Shown: piece after piece, positions 53,273 through 63,749 of the stretch | Layout: each line of letters begins with the position of its first letter | Numbering within the stretch: position 1 is the stretch's first letter | Source: Cyanobacteria bacterium P01_A01_bin.123 | GTDB taxonomy: Bacteria > Cyanobacteriota > Cyanobacteriia > Phormidesmidales > Phormidesmidaceae | NCBI GenBank assembly: GCA_039815185.1 | Contig: JBCBZT010000011.1 | Span: 1-64,000, forward strand | DNA length: 64,000 nt | Reading direction: 5' to 3' | Program-made: the position numbers and the translations under genes | Notes under the pieces: model-generated | Database searches by the model: none | What the model was told of the DNA's origin: nothing | What the model saw: the letters and a program-made list of their open reading frames with translations, nothing else

Positions 53273-55801
53273 ATGCGTGCAGTATTGATGGCCGGAGGCT
53301 CTGGAACTCGATTACGGCCACTCACCTGCGACCTGCCAAAACCGATGGTTCCTATATTGAACCGTCCTATTGCAGAACATATTGTTAATCTCCTGAAGCG
53401 TCACGATATTAAAGAAATTATTGCTACCCTGTTCTATTTGCCCGATGTCATGCGGGACTATTTTCAAGATGGCAAAGATTTTGGGGTTCAAATGACCTAT
53501 GCGGTCGAAGAAGATCAGCCCCTCGGGACAGCCGGTTGCGTCAAGAATATTTCAGAGTTACTCGACGATACATTCGTTGTCATCAGCGGCGACAGCGTCG
53601 CCGACTTTGATCTCACAGCGGCCATCAAGTTTCATAAAGAGAAAGGCTCTAAAGCAACGTTGGTGCTGGCCCACGTTCCCAATCCGATTGAGTTTGGGGT
53701 AGTGATTACCGACCAGGAAAACCGCATCAAGCGATTTTTAGAAAAACCCTCCACGAGTGAAATTTTCTCCGATACGGTGAATACAGGCACCTACATTCTC
53801 GAACCTGAGGTTTTAGAGTATTTGCCTACGGGTCAAGAGAGTGATTTTTCGAAGGATCTGTTTCCCTTACTGCTGGGAAAAGACGAACCTATGTTCGGGT
53901 ACGTCTCCGATAGCTACTGGTGTGATGTGGGCCACTTAGATGCCTATCGTGAGTCCCAGTACGATGCCCTTGAGCAAAAGGTGTTGGTAGACTACGCCTA
54001 TGAGCAGCGATCGCCGGGATTATGGATTGGCAAGAACACTTACATCGACCCTGATGCCAAGCTCAAACCCCCTGTTTTAATCGGCAACAACTGTCGGATT
54101 GGCTCCCGCGTCGTGATTGAATCCGGCACTGTGATTGGCGATAACGTCACTATCGGTAACGACGCCGACTTGAAGCGCCCAATTATTTGGAATGGGGCCA
54201 TCATCGGTGAAGAAACCCACCTGCGAGCTTGCGTCATTGCTCGAGGTACCCGCGCCGACCGCCGCGCCCATGTACTTGAAGGCGCTGTGGTGGGATCTCT
54301 ATCAACGGTGGGTGAAGAAGCCCAAATTAGCCCAGGGGTGAGGGTCTGGCCTAGCAAGAAAATTGAGTCTGGGGCAACCCTTAATATCAACCTGATTTGG
54401 GGCAATACGGCTCAGCGCAACCTGTTTGGTCAGCGCGGAGTGGCCGGGCTTGCCAACATCGACATTACGCCTGAGTTTGCGGTGAAGCTAGGTGCCGCTT
54501 ACGGTTCAACACTCAAGTCTGGGTCGAACGTGACGGTATCCCGCGACCAGCGGAGCATCTCGCGGATGGTGTCGCGCTCCCTAATTGCCGGACTTATGGG
54601 TGTTGGGGTCAATGTCCAAAACCTGGAGGCAACGGCGATTCCTGTCGCCCGCGCATTACTGCCCACCTTAGGCGTCATTGGCGGCATCCATGTCCGCCTA
54701 CATCCGGATCGCCCTGATCAGATTTTGATTGAGTTTTTCGACAAAAAGGGCATCGATATTCCCAAAGGCAAAGAAAAGAAAATCGAAGGGGCCTACTTTA
54801 AAGAAGATTTGCGCCGCGCCCAAATCCATGAAATTGGCAGCGTTTCCTACCCGACTCGGGTGGTGGATATTTATTCCAAGGCCTTTGAAGAACGACTCAA
54901 TATTGAAGCGATTCGGACTAGCAAGTCTAAGGTTGTGATCGATTACGCCTACGCAGTATCCGGGGCGGTATTGCCCCAACTGCTGACAAAATTTGGTTGC
55001 GACGCAGTGGTGCTCAACGCCAGCCTTAGTCAAAATGCCCCTTCTGCTGCTGAGCGAGAGGTGTTATTGGGCCAATTGGGTCATGTGGTGGAGGCGTTGC
55101 AGGCCAACATTGGTGTACAGGTGGCAGCCAACGGCGAGCAAATGGTGTTGGTCGATGAAGTCGGTGCGCCGATTCGGGGAGAAATGCTGACGGCATTGAT
55201 GACCCATATGATTTTGACGGCTCAACCCCGAGGGACAGTGGTCGTACCCGTCCATGCCTCAGGAGCGGTAGAGCAAATTGCCCGTCGCCACGATGGACGA
55301 GTGGTGCGAACCAAGGCCAACCCCACGGCGTTGATGGAAGCTTGCCAGGCTAGCGACAATGTCGTGCTGGGGGGAAGCGGCGAAATGGGCTTTATCTTTC
55401 CCCAATTGCACCCCGGTTTTGATGCCATGTTCTGCATTGCAAAGTTAATTGAAATGCTGACGATTCAAGAGCTATCTTTAGGGCAAGTCTGGGGTGAACT
55501 GCCGCGGATTTCCCATCGCTCTCAAACGGTGCGGTGTCCTTGGACGGTGAAGGGGGCGCTGATGCGTCATTTAGTTGAGACTCATCCGCCTGAATCCCTA
55601 GAGCTGATTGATGGGGTGAAAATTGTCGATCGCCAGCGTGACAGCTGGGTGTTGATTTTGCCCGATGCTGGAGAACCCCTAGTTCACATCTTCGCCAACA
55701 GTGAAGAGCGGGAATGGACGGATGAAAACTTGCGGCAGTATCGAGCACAGGTTCAAGATTTTATTGGCAAAGAACAGGGACTTGAAGAGGTAGTGGTATG
55801 A
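53273..55801 (+). CDS. Mannose-1-phosphate guanylyltransferase / phosphohexomutase fusion
   Basis: MAGGSGTRLRPLT..PKP, LGTAG, hexapeptide repeats, then a mutase domain from LFGQRGV; RBS AGGAGG. Confidence 0.9.
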   Translation: MRAVLMAGGSGTRLRPLTCDLPKPMVPILNRPIAEHIVNLLKRHDIKEIIATLFYLPDVMRDYFQDGKDFGVQMTYAVEEDQPLGTAGCVKNISELLDDTFVVISGDSVADFDLTAAIKFHKEKGSKATLVLAHVPNPIEFGVVITDQENRIKRFLEKPSTSEIFSDTVNTGTYILEPEVLEYLPTGQESDFSKDLFPLLLGKDEPMFGYVSDSYWCDVGHLDAYRESQYDALEQKVLVDYAYEQRSPGLWIGKNTYIDPDAKLKPPVLIGNNCRIGSRVVIESGTVIGDNVTIGNDADLKRPIIWNGAIIGEETHLRACVIARGTRADRRAHVLEGAVVGSLSTVGEEAQISPGVRVWPSKKIESGATLNINLIWGNTAQRNLFGQRGVAGLANIDITPEFAVKLGAAYGSTLKSGSNVTVSRDQRSISRMVSRSLIAGLMGVGVNVQNLEATAIPVARALLPTLGVIGGIHVRLHPDRPDQILIEFFDKKGIDIPKGKEKKIEGAYFKEDLRRAQIHEIGSVSYPTRVVDIYSKAFEERLNIEAIRTSKSKVVIDYAYAVSGAVLPQLLTKFGCDAVVLNASLSQNAPSAAEREVLLGQLGHVVEALQANIGVQVAANGEQMVLVDEVGAPIRGEMLTALMTHMILTAQPRGTVVVPVHASGAVEQIARRHDGRVVRTKANPTALMEACQASDNVVLGGSGEMGFIFPQLHPGFDAMFCIAKLIEMLTIQELSLGQVWGELPRISHRSQTVRCPWTVKGALMRHLVETHPPESLELIDGVKIVDRQRDSWVLILPDAGEPLVHIFANSEEREWTDENLRQYRAQVQDFIGKEQGLEEVVV

Positions 55802-56298
55802 ACAACTGCATCTTAATGGCTGAAATCATTCAATCGCCCCAATTGCGATATACCTCCGACAATCAAACAGCGCTGTCGGAGTTCACGGTACAGTTTCCTG
55901 CGACTAGGGCGACTGATCCGCCATCTCAGATGAAGGTGGTGGGTTGGGGTAATTTGGCCCAAGAGATTCAGGAGCGCTACAAAGAGGGCGATCGCGTGTT
56001 GTTGATTGGCCGCATTAATATCAACACGATTGATCGGCCTGAGGGGTTCAAAGAAAAGCGGGCAGAAATGACCGCTCAGCGTATCCAAGCCCTGGATGCA
56101 GCCAGTTTGAATGAGGCATTTACAGCTTCACCAGAGACCCCTATGGCGCCTCCGATGTCGGCGTCGGCTCCAGCAGCGGCAGCCTCAGCACCCCCCAGCC
56201 GCCCAACACCGTCGCCTACGGCCCCCGTTACGCCTACAACACCGGTTACTCCTGCGGCCCCGGCTGAAGAACCCGATTATGATGATATTCCGTTCTAA
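55798..56298 (+). CDS. Single-stranded DNA-binding (SSB-like) protein
   Basis: OB-fold pattern LRYT..VVGWG.LA; acidic tail DDIPF. Confidence 0.88.
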   Translation: MNNCILMAEIIQSPQLRYTSDNQTALSEFTVQFPATRATDPPSQMKVVGWGNLAQEIQERYKEGDRVLLIGRININTIDRPEGFKEKRAEMTAQRIQALDAASLNEAFTASPETPMAPPMSASAPAAAASAPPSRPTPSPTAPVTPTTPVTPAAPAEEPDYDDIPF

Positions 56299-56335
56299 GG
56301 CCCAGTTCAGGATCAGGCCTAATGGTTTCGATGGG

Positions 56336-56439
56336 AAATCTTCTGTAACCGATGGGTCGGTTACAGAAGATTTGTTTGAATTCGACAGGGCAGAATCGAG
56401 CTAAATGCGACTGCTTGCTAATCATTCGCATTTAGCTCG
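56336..56439. terminator. Two adjacent hairpins between convergent genes
   Basis: AAATCTTCTGTAACCGA/TCGGTTACAGAAGATTT and GAGCTAAATGCGA/TCGCATTTAGCTC. Confidence 0.75.
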
Positions 56440-56463
56440 TTGATTGAGTCGGCAAAGTGTCCA

Positions 56464-58737
56464 TTATCCTGGGGTGACCGAAACTGCCTTGACCCCCACA
56501 TCACGCGTCAGGACACGAGGCTTCATCAAGATACGCAGCAGCAGCCAAAGGGATTTGAGTTCTCCAGGGGAGTTCCAGCGCTTCCATTGACCGGGGCGGC
56601 AAAATAGCAGTTCGACTAGCTTGCGTCGCTGATCTAAAGTGACGTTAACAAACTGGACACGTACGGCGGTAAAGTCGTCCAGGCAGCGGGTGGCAAGCAC
56701 TTCTGCTTCTAAGATCAGAGCTTCATCGGCAATTTCTAGCTCAACTGGGATCATCTGATCTGCGGTAAGCCGGGGAAAGCCCCGATGATTCAGCGTAATT
56801 TCTGCCCCCACTTCAGACATCATTGTGGTGACACCCCACCAACTGCGATCGCCTAAATTTTCATCCCCCTGAATCTTCAGTCGTGCTACCCGTCTCAAGT
56901 CAAACCAAGGGTTGATATCTGGGAGCGGCACATCCAGCAAAATCAGCAGGGCAATGCCAATCATCACCAAGTTATAGGCGCTCCAAATCCACCCCAACCC
57001 TAACCCCTTGAGTTCTTCAGATGACCAACCAGCGGCCAGACATTGTCCCAAGTTGTGCCAAAGACTGTAGGCTGTCACGATAAATAGCAAAACCAGGGGC
57101 CAAGCTAGCTTCCAATTAAAGTTAAAGCGATCTTGGGTAGTACCCTTGGGTGTGACCTTAAAGCCCTTCGAAAAAGGATTGAGCATGGCCTGAATGACCG
57201 TAGCTGCCAGCGGAAACACCAACACTAGAGAATAAATATCAGACAGCAGCGCCGAACGAGAACGGTTATTTAACCAGGCAAATACGGTTAACTGCACCAA
57301 GTAATAGGGCAGGAAGAAAAACAGCACTTCCTCACTGTTGGCTCGAATCGGAATGATGGTCAGGAATGAATAGGTCAGGGGCATCAACAAAAAATAGATG
57401 CGCGGAATGCTGCTAAACCAGTGGAGTAGCCCTTCCAAATGGCCCAAGCGCTGCACCCAGGTTAGCCCCCGAATGGTGAGGGGATTAGACTCAATAAAGA
57501 AGGCTTGTAGGGTACCTCTGGCCCAGCGGAGTCGCTGAGTTGCATGGGCTGAGATGGATTCTGCAGCCAGACCTGCACTGAGTTTTTCATCGATGTAGAC
57601 CACCTGGTGGCCGCGGGCGGCAAGCTGCACAGACGTGAAATAGTCTTCACTTAAGGAATCGGTGACAAATCCACCTGTATCTTCCAAGGCAGTGCGGCGT
57701 AGTACAAACGAGGTACCTGAGCAGACCACACTCCCTGACCCATCGCGCATGGGCTGAATCTGACGATAGAACACCTCTTCTTCAGGGGTAAGGATTTCTT
57801 CGAGTCCCAGGTTGCGCGCAATAGGGTCAGAGTTATAGAAGGTTTGGGGGGTCTGCACCAGACCGACGGCTGGATCTTGAAAGAAGCCCACGGTGCGACG
57901 CAAAAAGTTGCGGGTGGGGACAAAATCGGCATCAAAGGAGGCAATTAGCTCACCTTGGGTATGGGCGATCGCGTGGTTGAGATTTCCGGCTTTGGCATGA
58001 CTGTTGTCAAGGCGCGTCATGTAGTGGCATCCCAGTGCTTCAGCCATGGCCCGAATCTCGGGGCGGCGGGTGTCATCTAACAGGTAGACCTGCTTATTGG
58101 GATAATCGAGTGCCTGACAACCAATCACGGTGCGCCGCAGAATAAACTCTGGCTCATCGTAGGTGGGAATGAACACATCCACCGACGGTAGATAGGCGCC
58201 ATCATCTACCATAGCTTGCAGTTGATCGGCTTGACGCTTGCGATCGCGCACCCGCAGCAGCAAAAACAGCTGAATGATACTGCCCACCAGGCCAATTATT
58301 TCCATGATGAACAGCCCCAGGCTAAACACCCCATCCAGTGGCGTATCTAGGTTCAGCGTTGAAAGCGATCGCCAGAATAAATAGCGTCCCACTAAAACGA
58401 GCAAGATGCTGATCACTAACCATCGTGACCAAGGCCGCGGTTCGGGAGACACCCGCGTAATCACAAGGGCGACTAGCAAAAGTGCAACCGTTGGTGCCGC
58501 CAAATATTGGCCCGTAACCATAGGCACTTCGGCCCACATGGGCGGATTTTGCTGGAGTGCATTAAGCTGTTCAAAAATATCGCTGATTAGCTCAACGCCA
58601 GTAAACCAAGCCACTGCGACTGCCGCACAAACTAGCACGATAGCGATCATCGTCAACGTTGCCCAGCGCACCCGGAGATCTGAGCGGATGGTGGCTGAGG
58701 CAGTTTGGATGGGATGAACTCTTTGCATGAATGACAT
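56464..58737 (-). CDS. Cellulose-synthase-like processive GT2 with a PilZ-like C-terminus
   Basis: DD, HAKAGN, DADF, QTPQ, SED, QRLRW; multiple TM helices. Confidence 0.9.
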   Translation of the reverse strand: MSFMQRVHPIQTASATIRSDLRVRWATLTMIAIVLVCAAVAVAWFTGVELISDIFEQLNALQQNPPMWAEVPMVTGQYLAAPTVALLLVALVITRVSPEPRPWSRWLVISILLVLVGRYLFWRSLSTLNLDTPLDGVFSLGLFIMEIIGLVGSIIQLFLLLRVRDRKRQADQLQAMVDDGAYLPSVDVFIPTYDEPEFILRRTVIGCQALDYPNKQVYLLDDTRRPEIRAMAEALGCHYMTRLDNSHAKAGNLNHAIAHTQGELIASFDADFVPTRNFLRRTVGFFQDPAVGLVQTPQTFYNSDPIARNLGLEEILTPEEEVFYRQIQPMRDGSGSVVCSGTSFVLRRTALEDTGGFVTDSLSEDYFTSVQLAARGHQVVYIDEKLSAGLAAESISAHATQRLRWARGTLQAFFIESNPLTIRGLTWVQRLGHLEGLLHWFSSIPRIYFLLMPLTYSFLTIIPIRANSEEVLFFFLPYYLVQLTVFAWLNNRSRSALLSDIYSLVLVFPLAATVIQAMLNPFSKGFKVTPKGTTQDRFNFNWKLAWPLVLLFIVTAYSLWHNLGQCLAAGWSSEELKGLGLGWIWSAYNLVMIGIALLILLDVPLPDINPWFDLRRVARLKIQGDENLGDRSWWGVTTMMSEVGAEITLNHRGFPRLTADQMIPVELEIADEALILEAEVLATRCLDDFTAVRVQFVNVTLDQRRKLVELLFCRPGQWKRWNSPGELKSLWLLLRILMKPRVLTRDVGVKAVSVTPG

Positions 58738-59282
58738 AGACTCCTAGCACATTGCTGCTCGAACACAACCAATCAACAAAGCGAATCCAAAGGATACACT
58801 CAAACAACTATTAAGGTTTGCGGATAAGGTTTTGCGGATGGCCCCAAGTAGCGAGATACCGCTGCAACCGCGCAAGGCACTGTAATGGCCGCTACAAGTG
58901 CCTTCAACCTAGGCGATAACTATTCCCTATGCTGCCTTAAAGACAACAATTTCCACGGGGCAATAACCGAGTTAAACCGCTGAGCCAAACAATTTTATGT
59001 AGGAAGATTGATTTGAGCAATTATATGCAAAAACATTAGAGGACTTAATCAGTACAGCTAAAGTCACGAATTGGATTTATTGACCCACAGCACGCGACGC
59101 CTCCCATGACCTTAGCAAGCACGCCAAGCCCATACTGACGGCGTTGTGCCCAGCTGGCTTGAAGGACAACTGAGAATTAGCTGAATCAGGTTGCAGAATA
59201 TTTTATTTCCCTATCAGCTCGGCTGACCCAGTGCCGCTTAAACTAGGTATCAAATTCTGCTGTCTCCGGAATAGGTTCTGCG

Positions 59283-60032
59283 ATGAATACGGTTGATGTC
59301 TTGAGGTTGCTCCATCCTGCGATCGCGGTTGCGGTTGTTTTTCCATTAATTGGTATCGTGACTTACTTTTCTTTGCAAACTCGTCAGCGACGGCTAAAAG
59401 CCGCTGCTAAAGAGAAGACAAAAATTGCCCCGACCGTTGGGTTAGAGCATGTCCAGGTAGGCCGATGGCTAGCGGGTTCTGTCGTCGGAATTGCCCTGTT
59501 GGGCTTAGTTCACCCGATCTCTAAGACCCTGATCGCTAAAAATGCCTGGGCTGAAGATCGCTTTCAGGTCATTTTTATCGTGTTGATGTTTGTCGCGACC
59601 ATTGCCTCTCTTGTCCTGCTATATCGGGCAAAGAAACCGCTATGGCGTGGCATCTTTGCCTGGTTAAGTAGCATGGGCCTAATCATTCTGGGGTGCCAGG
59701 AAGGCGTCTTCCGGCGCGGCTATGAGTGGTTTGTGTCGCACTATTACTACGGCATGATCGCTGCCGTTTTGATGGTGATTTCGGTGGCGGTTTTGCCTGA
59801 AATCTACAAATCAAAACCCTGGCGACGGGCCCACGTTTTCCTCAACTGCGTTGCCCTACTGTTTTTCTTAGGCCAAGGCATCACGGGTACCCGCGATCTG
59901 CTCGAAATCCCCTTGGTATGGCAAGAACCCGCCGTCTACCAGTGTGATTTTGTTAACCTAGTTTGTCCCCAAGCGGAACAAAGCCATGAGTTACAGGAAG
60001 GTCTGCAAGTGGGATTGAAGTTAGGGGACTAA
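59283..60032 (+). CDS. DUF4079-like membrane protein
   Basis: LLHP, several TM helices with His residues (EHV, SHYY, AHV), GITGTRDLLEIP. Confidence 0.75.
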   Translation: MNTVDVLRLLHPAIAVAVVFPLIGIVTYFSLQTRQRRLKAAAKEKTKIAPTVGLEHVQVGRWLAGSVVGIALLGLVHPISKTLIAKNAWAEDRFQVIFIVLMFVATIASLVLLYRAKKPLWRGIFAWLSSMGLIILGCQEGVFRRGYEWFVSHYYYGMIAAVLMVISVAVLPEIYKSKPWRRAHVFLNCVALLFFLGQGITGTRDLLEIPLVWQEPAVYQCDFVNLVCPQAEQSHELQEGLQVGLKLGD

Positions 60033-60727
60033 GCGATCGCAGCCAATTGAGTCACCAAGCTTTTGAACAGCGCTAAGCCATCTGTGCTACCCAGCAGTAC
60101 ATCGGACGCCCGCTCAGGGTGGGGCATCATGCCCAACACATTACCTTGGCAGTTACAGATGCCTGCAACATTGTTCAGCGACCCATTGGGGTTGCTGGAT
60201 TCAGTCGCTGTTCCTGTCGCGTCACAATAGCGAAATACAACCTGATTGCTATCTTCTAGGGCTTTCAGCGTGTCGCCATCGGCGTAATAGCAGCCTTCCC
60301 CATGGGCGATGGGGAGGGTAATCACCTGCTGGGCTTTGTAGTGGTGAGTCCAAGGTAAGGTGGTGCGCTCAACGGTCATCGAGACGCGATCGCAGATGAA
60401 GTGTAAATCTCGATTGCGGACCAGTGCTCCCGGCAACAACCCCGCTTCGGTCAACACCTGAAAGCCGTTACAAACCCCCAGCAACAATTTGCCTTGGTTG
60501 GCATGGTCAATGGCCGAGCGCATGGCGGCAGAAAATCGCGCGATCGCCCCGCAGCGGAGATAATCGCCATAGCTAAACCCGCCCGGTATGACCACTACAT
60601 CAATATCCGACAAGTCGCTATCTTCATGCCACACCATCCGTGTCGGCATTTTTAGAATGTCGCGGGTGACATAGGCCACATCGCGATCGCAGTTTGAACC
60701 TGGAAATACAAGAACACCAAATTTCAT
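60029..60727 (-). CDS. purQ: Phosphoribosylformylglycinamidine synthase subunit PurQ
   Basis: FPGSNCD, PGGFSYGDYLR, GVCNGFQ, MMPHPER. Confidence 0.97.
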   Translation of the reverse strand: MKFGVLVFPGSNCDRDVAYVTRDILKMPTRMVWHEDSDLSDIDVVVIPGGFSYGDYLRCGAIARFSAAMRSAIDHANQGKLLLGVCNGFQVLTEAGLLPGALVRNRDLHFICDRVSMTVERTTLPWTHHYKAQQVITLPIAHGEGCYYADGDTLKALEDSNQVVFRYCDATGTATESSNPNGSLNNVAGICNCQGNVLGMMPHPERASDVLLGSTDGLALFKSLVTQLAAIA

Positions 60728-60728
60728 A

Positions 60729-60998
60729 TCAAGCGACTACCCCCACGGGCTCCAAATCGAAGCGATATTTCTCAATGACTGGATTTGCCAAAAGCTGATC
60801 ACAGAGGCGATCGAGTTGTTGTTTGGCCGCGTCTTCACTGTCAGCGGTGAGGGTGACCTCAACGTACTTACCGATACGTAGGCGCTCGACGTTGTCGTAC
60901 CCCAGGTGCTGAAGACTAGATTGTACTGCCGTTCCCGCCGGATCGAGCACGGAAGGCCGGAGGGTGACATAAATCTGAGCCTGATACGTTTGCGCCAT
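60729..60998 (-). CDS. purS: Phosphoribosylformylglycinamidine synthase subunit PurS
   Basis: VLDPAG, RIGK, LLANPVIE; adjacent to purQ. Confidence 0.96.
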   Translation of the reverse strand: MAQTYQAQIYVTLRPSVLDPAGTAVQSSLQHLGYDNVERLRIGKYVEVTLTADSEDAAKQQLDRLCDQLLANPVIEKYRFDLEPVGVVA

Positions 60999-61249
60999 AC
61001 TAAAGCTGCCACTCTACAAAACCATTAAACCCCTAGCTCGCCTAAAGCTCCACCCCCCCATTGCTGATCCCAAATCTTAGAAGTTTGGCTATAGAGCTAT
61101 AGATTGTAAGGATCCCCCGCTGTCGCTGCCCCTTTGCAAAGGGGGCTATCCCAATGGGGATAGGACTTGCTTCCCTCCACCCTCCCCCTCGATCTCACTC
61201 TGTGCCAGGCTATTCTGGCAGAATAAAGAAAATGCCTATCTATCTGCAA

Positions 61250-61651
61250 ATGCCCACCAAACGAACCCGTAGCCAAAACCAGGTGTTTATAGCGCTGCAA
61301 AGCTTGAATCAAGCGATCTCGGCACAAGATCTCCACATGGAGTTGAGGAAGCATCACCGAATTGGCTTGGCGACGGTGTATCGGTCTTTGGATGTTCTTA
61401 AGTTGGAGGGGGTTGTGCAAGTCCGCACATTGCCCAGTGGGGAATCGCTCTACAGCTTGGTTAAAGAAGATCGGCACCACCTGACTTGTTTGCAGTGTGG
61501 CAATTCGATCGCGATCGCGGAGTGCCCCGTCCACGATTTAGAGCATCATCTCAATCAATCGCATCAATTCAAAATCTTTTATCACACCCTTGAATTCTTT
61601 GGCCTTTGCCCCCAGTGTCAAGAAAAAAGTGCGCTAGAACCGACCGCTTGA
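61250..61651 (+). CDS. Fur-family regulator (Zur-like)
   Basis: GLATVYRSL, HHLTCLQC, FFGLCPQC; ATG 61250 preferred. Confidence 0.9.
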   Translation: MPTKRTRSQNQVFIALQSLNQAISAQDLHMELRKHHRIGLATVYRSLDVLKLEGVVQVRTLPSGESLYSLVKEDRHHLTCLQCGNSIAIAECPVHDLEHHLNQSHQFKIFYHTLEFFGLCPQCQEKSALEPTA

Positions 61652-61654
61652 TTA

Positions 61655-61759
61655 TATAGCGCTGGCCAGATTGCTTGATGCACCTAGTGTCGCTGGGATG
61701 CTCAACACACAGGCAAATTGGCTCACCGTAGCACACAAAGCTTTGTGACTACGGCTATA
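61655..61759 (+). repeat. 105-bp dispersed structured repeat, copy 3 (intact TATAGC/GCTATA ends)
   Basis: Begins 3 bp after the stop of the Fur-family gene. Confidence 0.9.
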
Positions 61760-61815
61760 GAATCTTGCGGCGTTCAGCTTCTGTCTCGAAAGCTTCTTGG
61801 TGAAAAGTCTCACGC

Positions 61816-61844
61816 TCCAAAATCGTAAATCCAAAATCCAAAAT
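61816..61844. repeat. STRR-like heptamer tandem (TCCAAAA x4, one degenerate)
   Basis: TCCAAAA TCGTAAA TCCAAAA TCCAAAA T. Confidence 0.7.
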
Positions 61845-61857
61845 TTGCAGCAGCAGT

Positions 61858-62004
61858 GAGCCGGAAAACTCTTCGGAAACCCTACCAAGCTATCCGGCTC
61901 TGGTTTATTTTCGGAGGTCGTTGCCTTCCTCGCCGGAACAGATTGGACTCCCCAGTGTACGCTCGACCGAATCCCTCCGAGCAATTCTGGCAAGTTGGGA
62001 GTAC
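61858..62004 (-). ncRNA. Multi-helix element directly 3' of the putative DGR variable region
   Basis: Nested stems ACTCCC/GGGAGT and GCTCG/CGAGC, then GAGG/CCTC, then GAGCCGGA/TCCGGCTC. Confidence 0.5.
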
Positions 62005-63585
62005 TCACGCCAAACCGCAAACCACCCGAAAACCAACATCGTCGCAGCAATCGCCGGGATCGTTGTAGTAGCGAAAAGCAGACCGACAACCCGCCGGATT
62101 GAAGAGCCACGAACCACCGCGCAGCACACGAAGTTCACTATTTCCGCCCCTAATCCAGGCACTGCTATCACGGGGCGCACCCTGGTAATTTTCATGCCAA
62201 TGATCGGCACACCATTCCCAAACGTTGCCATGCATGTCGTGTAAGCCGAAGTCATTGGGCGAGAAACTGCCGACCTTGATCGTTTCTTCTCGATATCTAC
62301 CCTTAGCCCCAGCACCGTAGATGTAATTTCCGTGGTAGTTGGCTTGCTCGGGGGTGATCGTCTCGCCAACGTAAAACGGCGTTGTCGTGCCAGCCCGACA
62401 GACATATTCCCATTCGGCTTCGCTGGGCAGTCGATAGCGCTTATTGGTTTTGTGCGACAGGCGATCGCAAAACTCAACCGCATCATGCCAAGAAACCTGC
62501 TCAACGGGGCGATGATTTCCTTTAAAGTGAGACGGATCTGGATCCAGATCCGTCTCGATTTTGGACAGTTTTGTGGCCACACTCCACCATTGCGCTTGGG
62601 TGACCGCAAACTTCCCCATGAAAAAAGACTGAATTTCTACCCGATGCTGGGGGCCTTCGCGATCCTCGCGTTCAACCTCTTTGGCAGGGGAGCCCATGAT
62701 GAACAGATCACCGGGAATAGCCACCATGTCGAGTGTTCGGCCACTGCCTAAATCCTCCTGAAAATTCTGGTGATGGCTGGGCGGCTGCGTGGGCACAGAC
62801 CGTTTCACCGATGCGGGCTGTTTCAATGGGGGTGCCGATGGCGACAACACCTGCACCTTAGACAAGATCTCAAAGGCAAACGCACTGGCATGACGAGCCG
62901 CAATTTCTTGAGAGCCCTGTTGATCAGACGCTGTTTTGTGGTCAATCAGGTCAGAAATACCCCGAATCACCAACGCAGCCACCTGCTGATTCGCATGGAC
63001 AGCATCCAGAAAGCCAAAGCCTTCCATTTCAACCGCCAGGGCATCGCCATAGTACGATCGCAAAAACTGGAAGACCTCAGATTTTGTTGACGCCACCACT
63101 TTTTCGCCTGCCGCGATCGGCCCGACAAATGCTCTTGGTTGAGCAGACGGTTGAGACGTTAATCTCCTCAACCAATCCGATTTCCTGGCTTCGGCTTTAG
63201 CGCGTTGTTCCAGACGATAGGCACTAAGCCCCAGGGTAGGTCTAGGTCTGAATGTCTCCCCCGCTTTCCCCGATTCATAGCCATAAATTTTGGTGGAAGC
63301 GACCACATCCCCCAGCCGCACATCCTTAATGCCGCCAGCCACCCCGACGAAGAGAATAACATCGGGCTTGAAATGAGCGATTGCCCTTTCGGCTTCGGCT
63401 GCTGCCCCCGCATTGCCCGCTCCCACTTCAGCAATGCCCACATTCCAGGTCTGTCCATTGGCAGCAAACGTTCCCCGCTCGTAAATGGTTCCCTGGGGAT
63501 GGGTCTCTTCCTGGAGTGCATCCAGATGTATCCGCACGGCCAAGTATTCAACCTGTAGGGCAGTCAAGATTACGGCACGCGGCAT
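62005..63585 (-). CDS. PNP/Pfs (MTA/SAH nucleosidase-like) domain fused to an FGE-sulfatase (C-type lectin fold) domain; probable DGR target
   Basis: N-terminal ILTAL.VE, GAGN, FVGVAGG, GDVV, AVEMEG, IRGISD; C-terminal [41 protein letters not shown]. Confidence 0.9.
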   Translation of the reverse strand: MPRAVILTALQVEYLAVRIHLDALQEETHPQGTIYERGTFAANGQTWNVGIAEVGAGNAGAAAEAERAIAHFKPDVILFVGVAGGIKDVRLGDVVASTKIYGYESGKAGETFRPRPTLGLSAYRLEQRAKAEARKSDWLRRLTSQPSAQPRAFVGPIAAGEKVVASTKSEVFQFLRSYYGDALAVEMEGFGFLDAVHANQQVAALVIRGISDLIDHKTASDQQGSQEIAARHASAFAFEILSKVQVLSPSAPPLKQPASVKRSVPTQPPSHHQNFQEDLGSGRTLDMVAIPGDLFIMGSPAKEVEREDREGPQHRVEIQSFFMGKFAVTQAQWWSVATKLSKIETDLDPDPSHFKGNHRPVEQVSWHDAVEFCDRLSHKTNKRYRLPSEAEWEYVCRAGTTTPFYVGETITPEQANYHGNYIYGAGAKGRYREETIKVGSFSPNDFGLHDMHGNVWEWCADHWHENYQGAPRDSSAWIRGGNSELRVLRGGSWLFNPAGCRSAFRYYNDPGDCCDDVGFRVVCGLA

Positions 63586-63749
63586 GGGCTAATCTTCGAG
63601 CAGTGTAAATATCCACTATTGTGGCGATTCAAGGCCGATTTGCCCAGCATCTAGAGAACCGTCATAGCTTGCAGAAATTGGTTTGTCGCTCAGTTACCCC
63701 GCCACTCAGCCACAATGAAAATAGGTTCTCTAAATGTCTAGCCCTAATC

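Noticed and set aside
58812..58839. TAAGGTTT(T)GCGGAT short duplication
   Set aside because: Only two adjacent copies; most simply a local slippage event.
61652..62609. ORFs 61905..62609 and 61652..62110
   Set aside because: Alternate frames over the FGE domain, the structured element and repeats; no independent coding signal.
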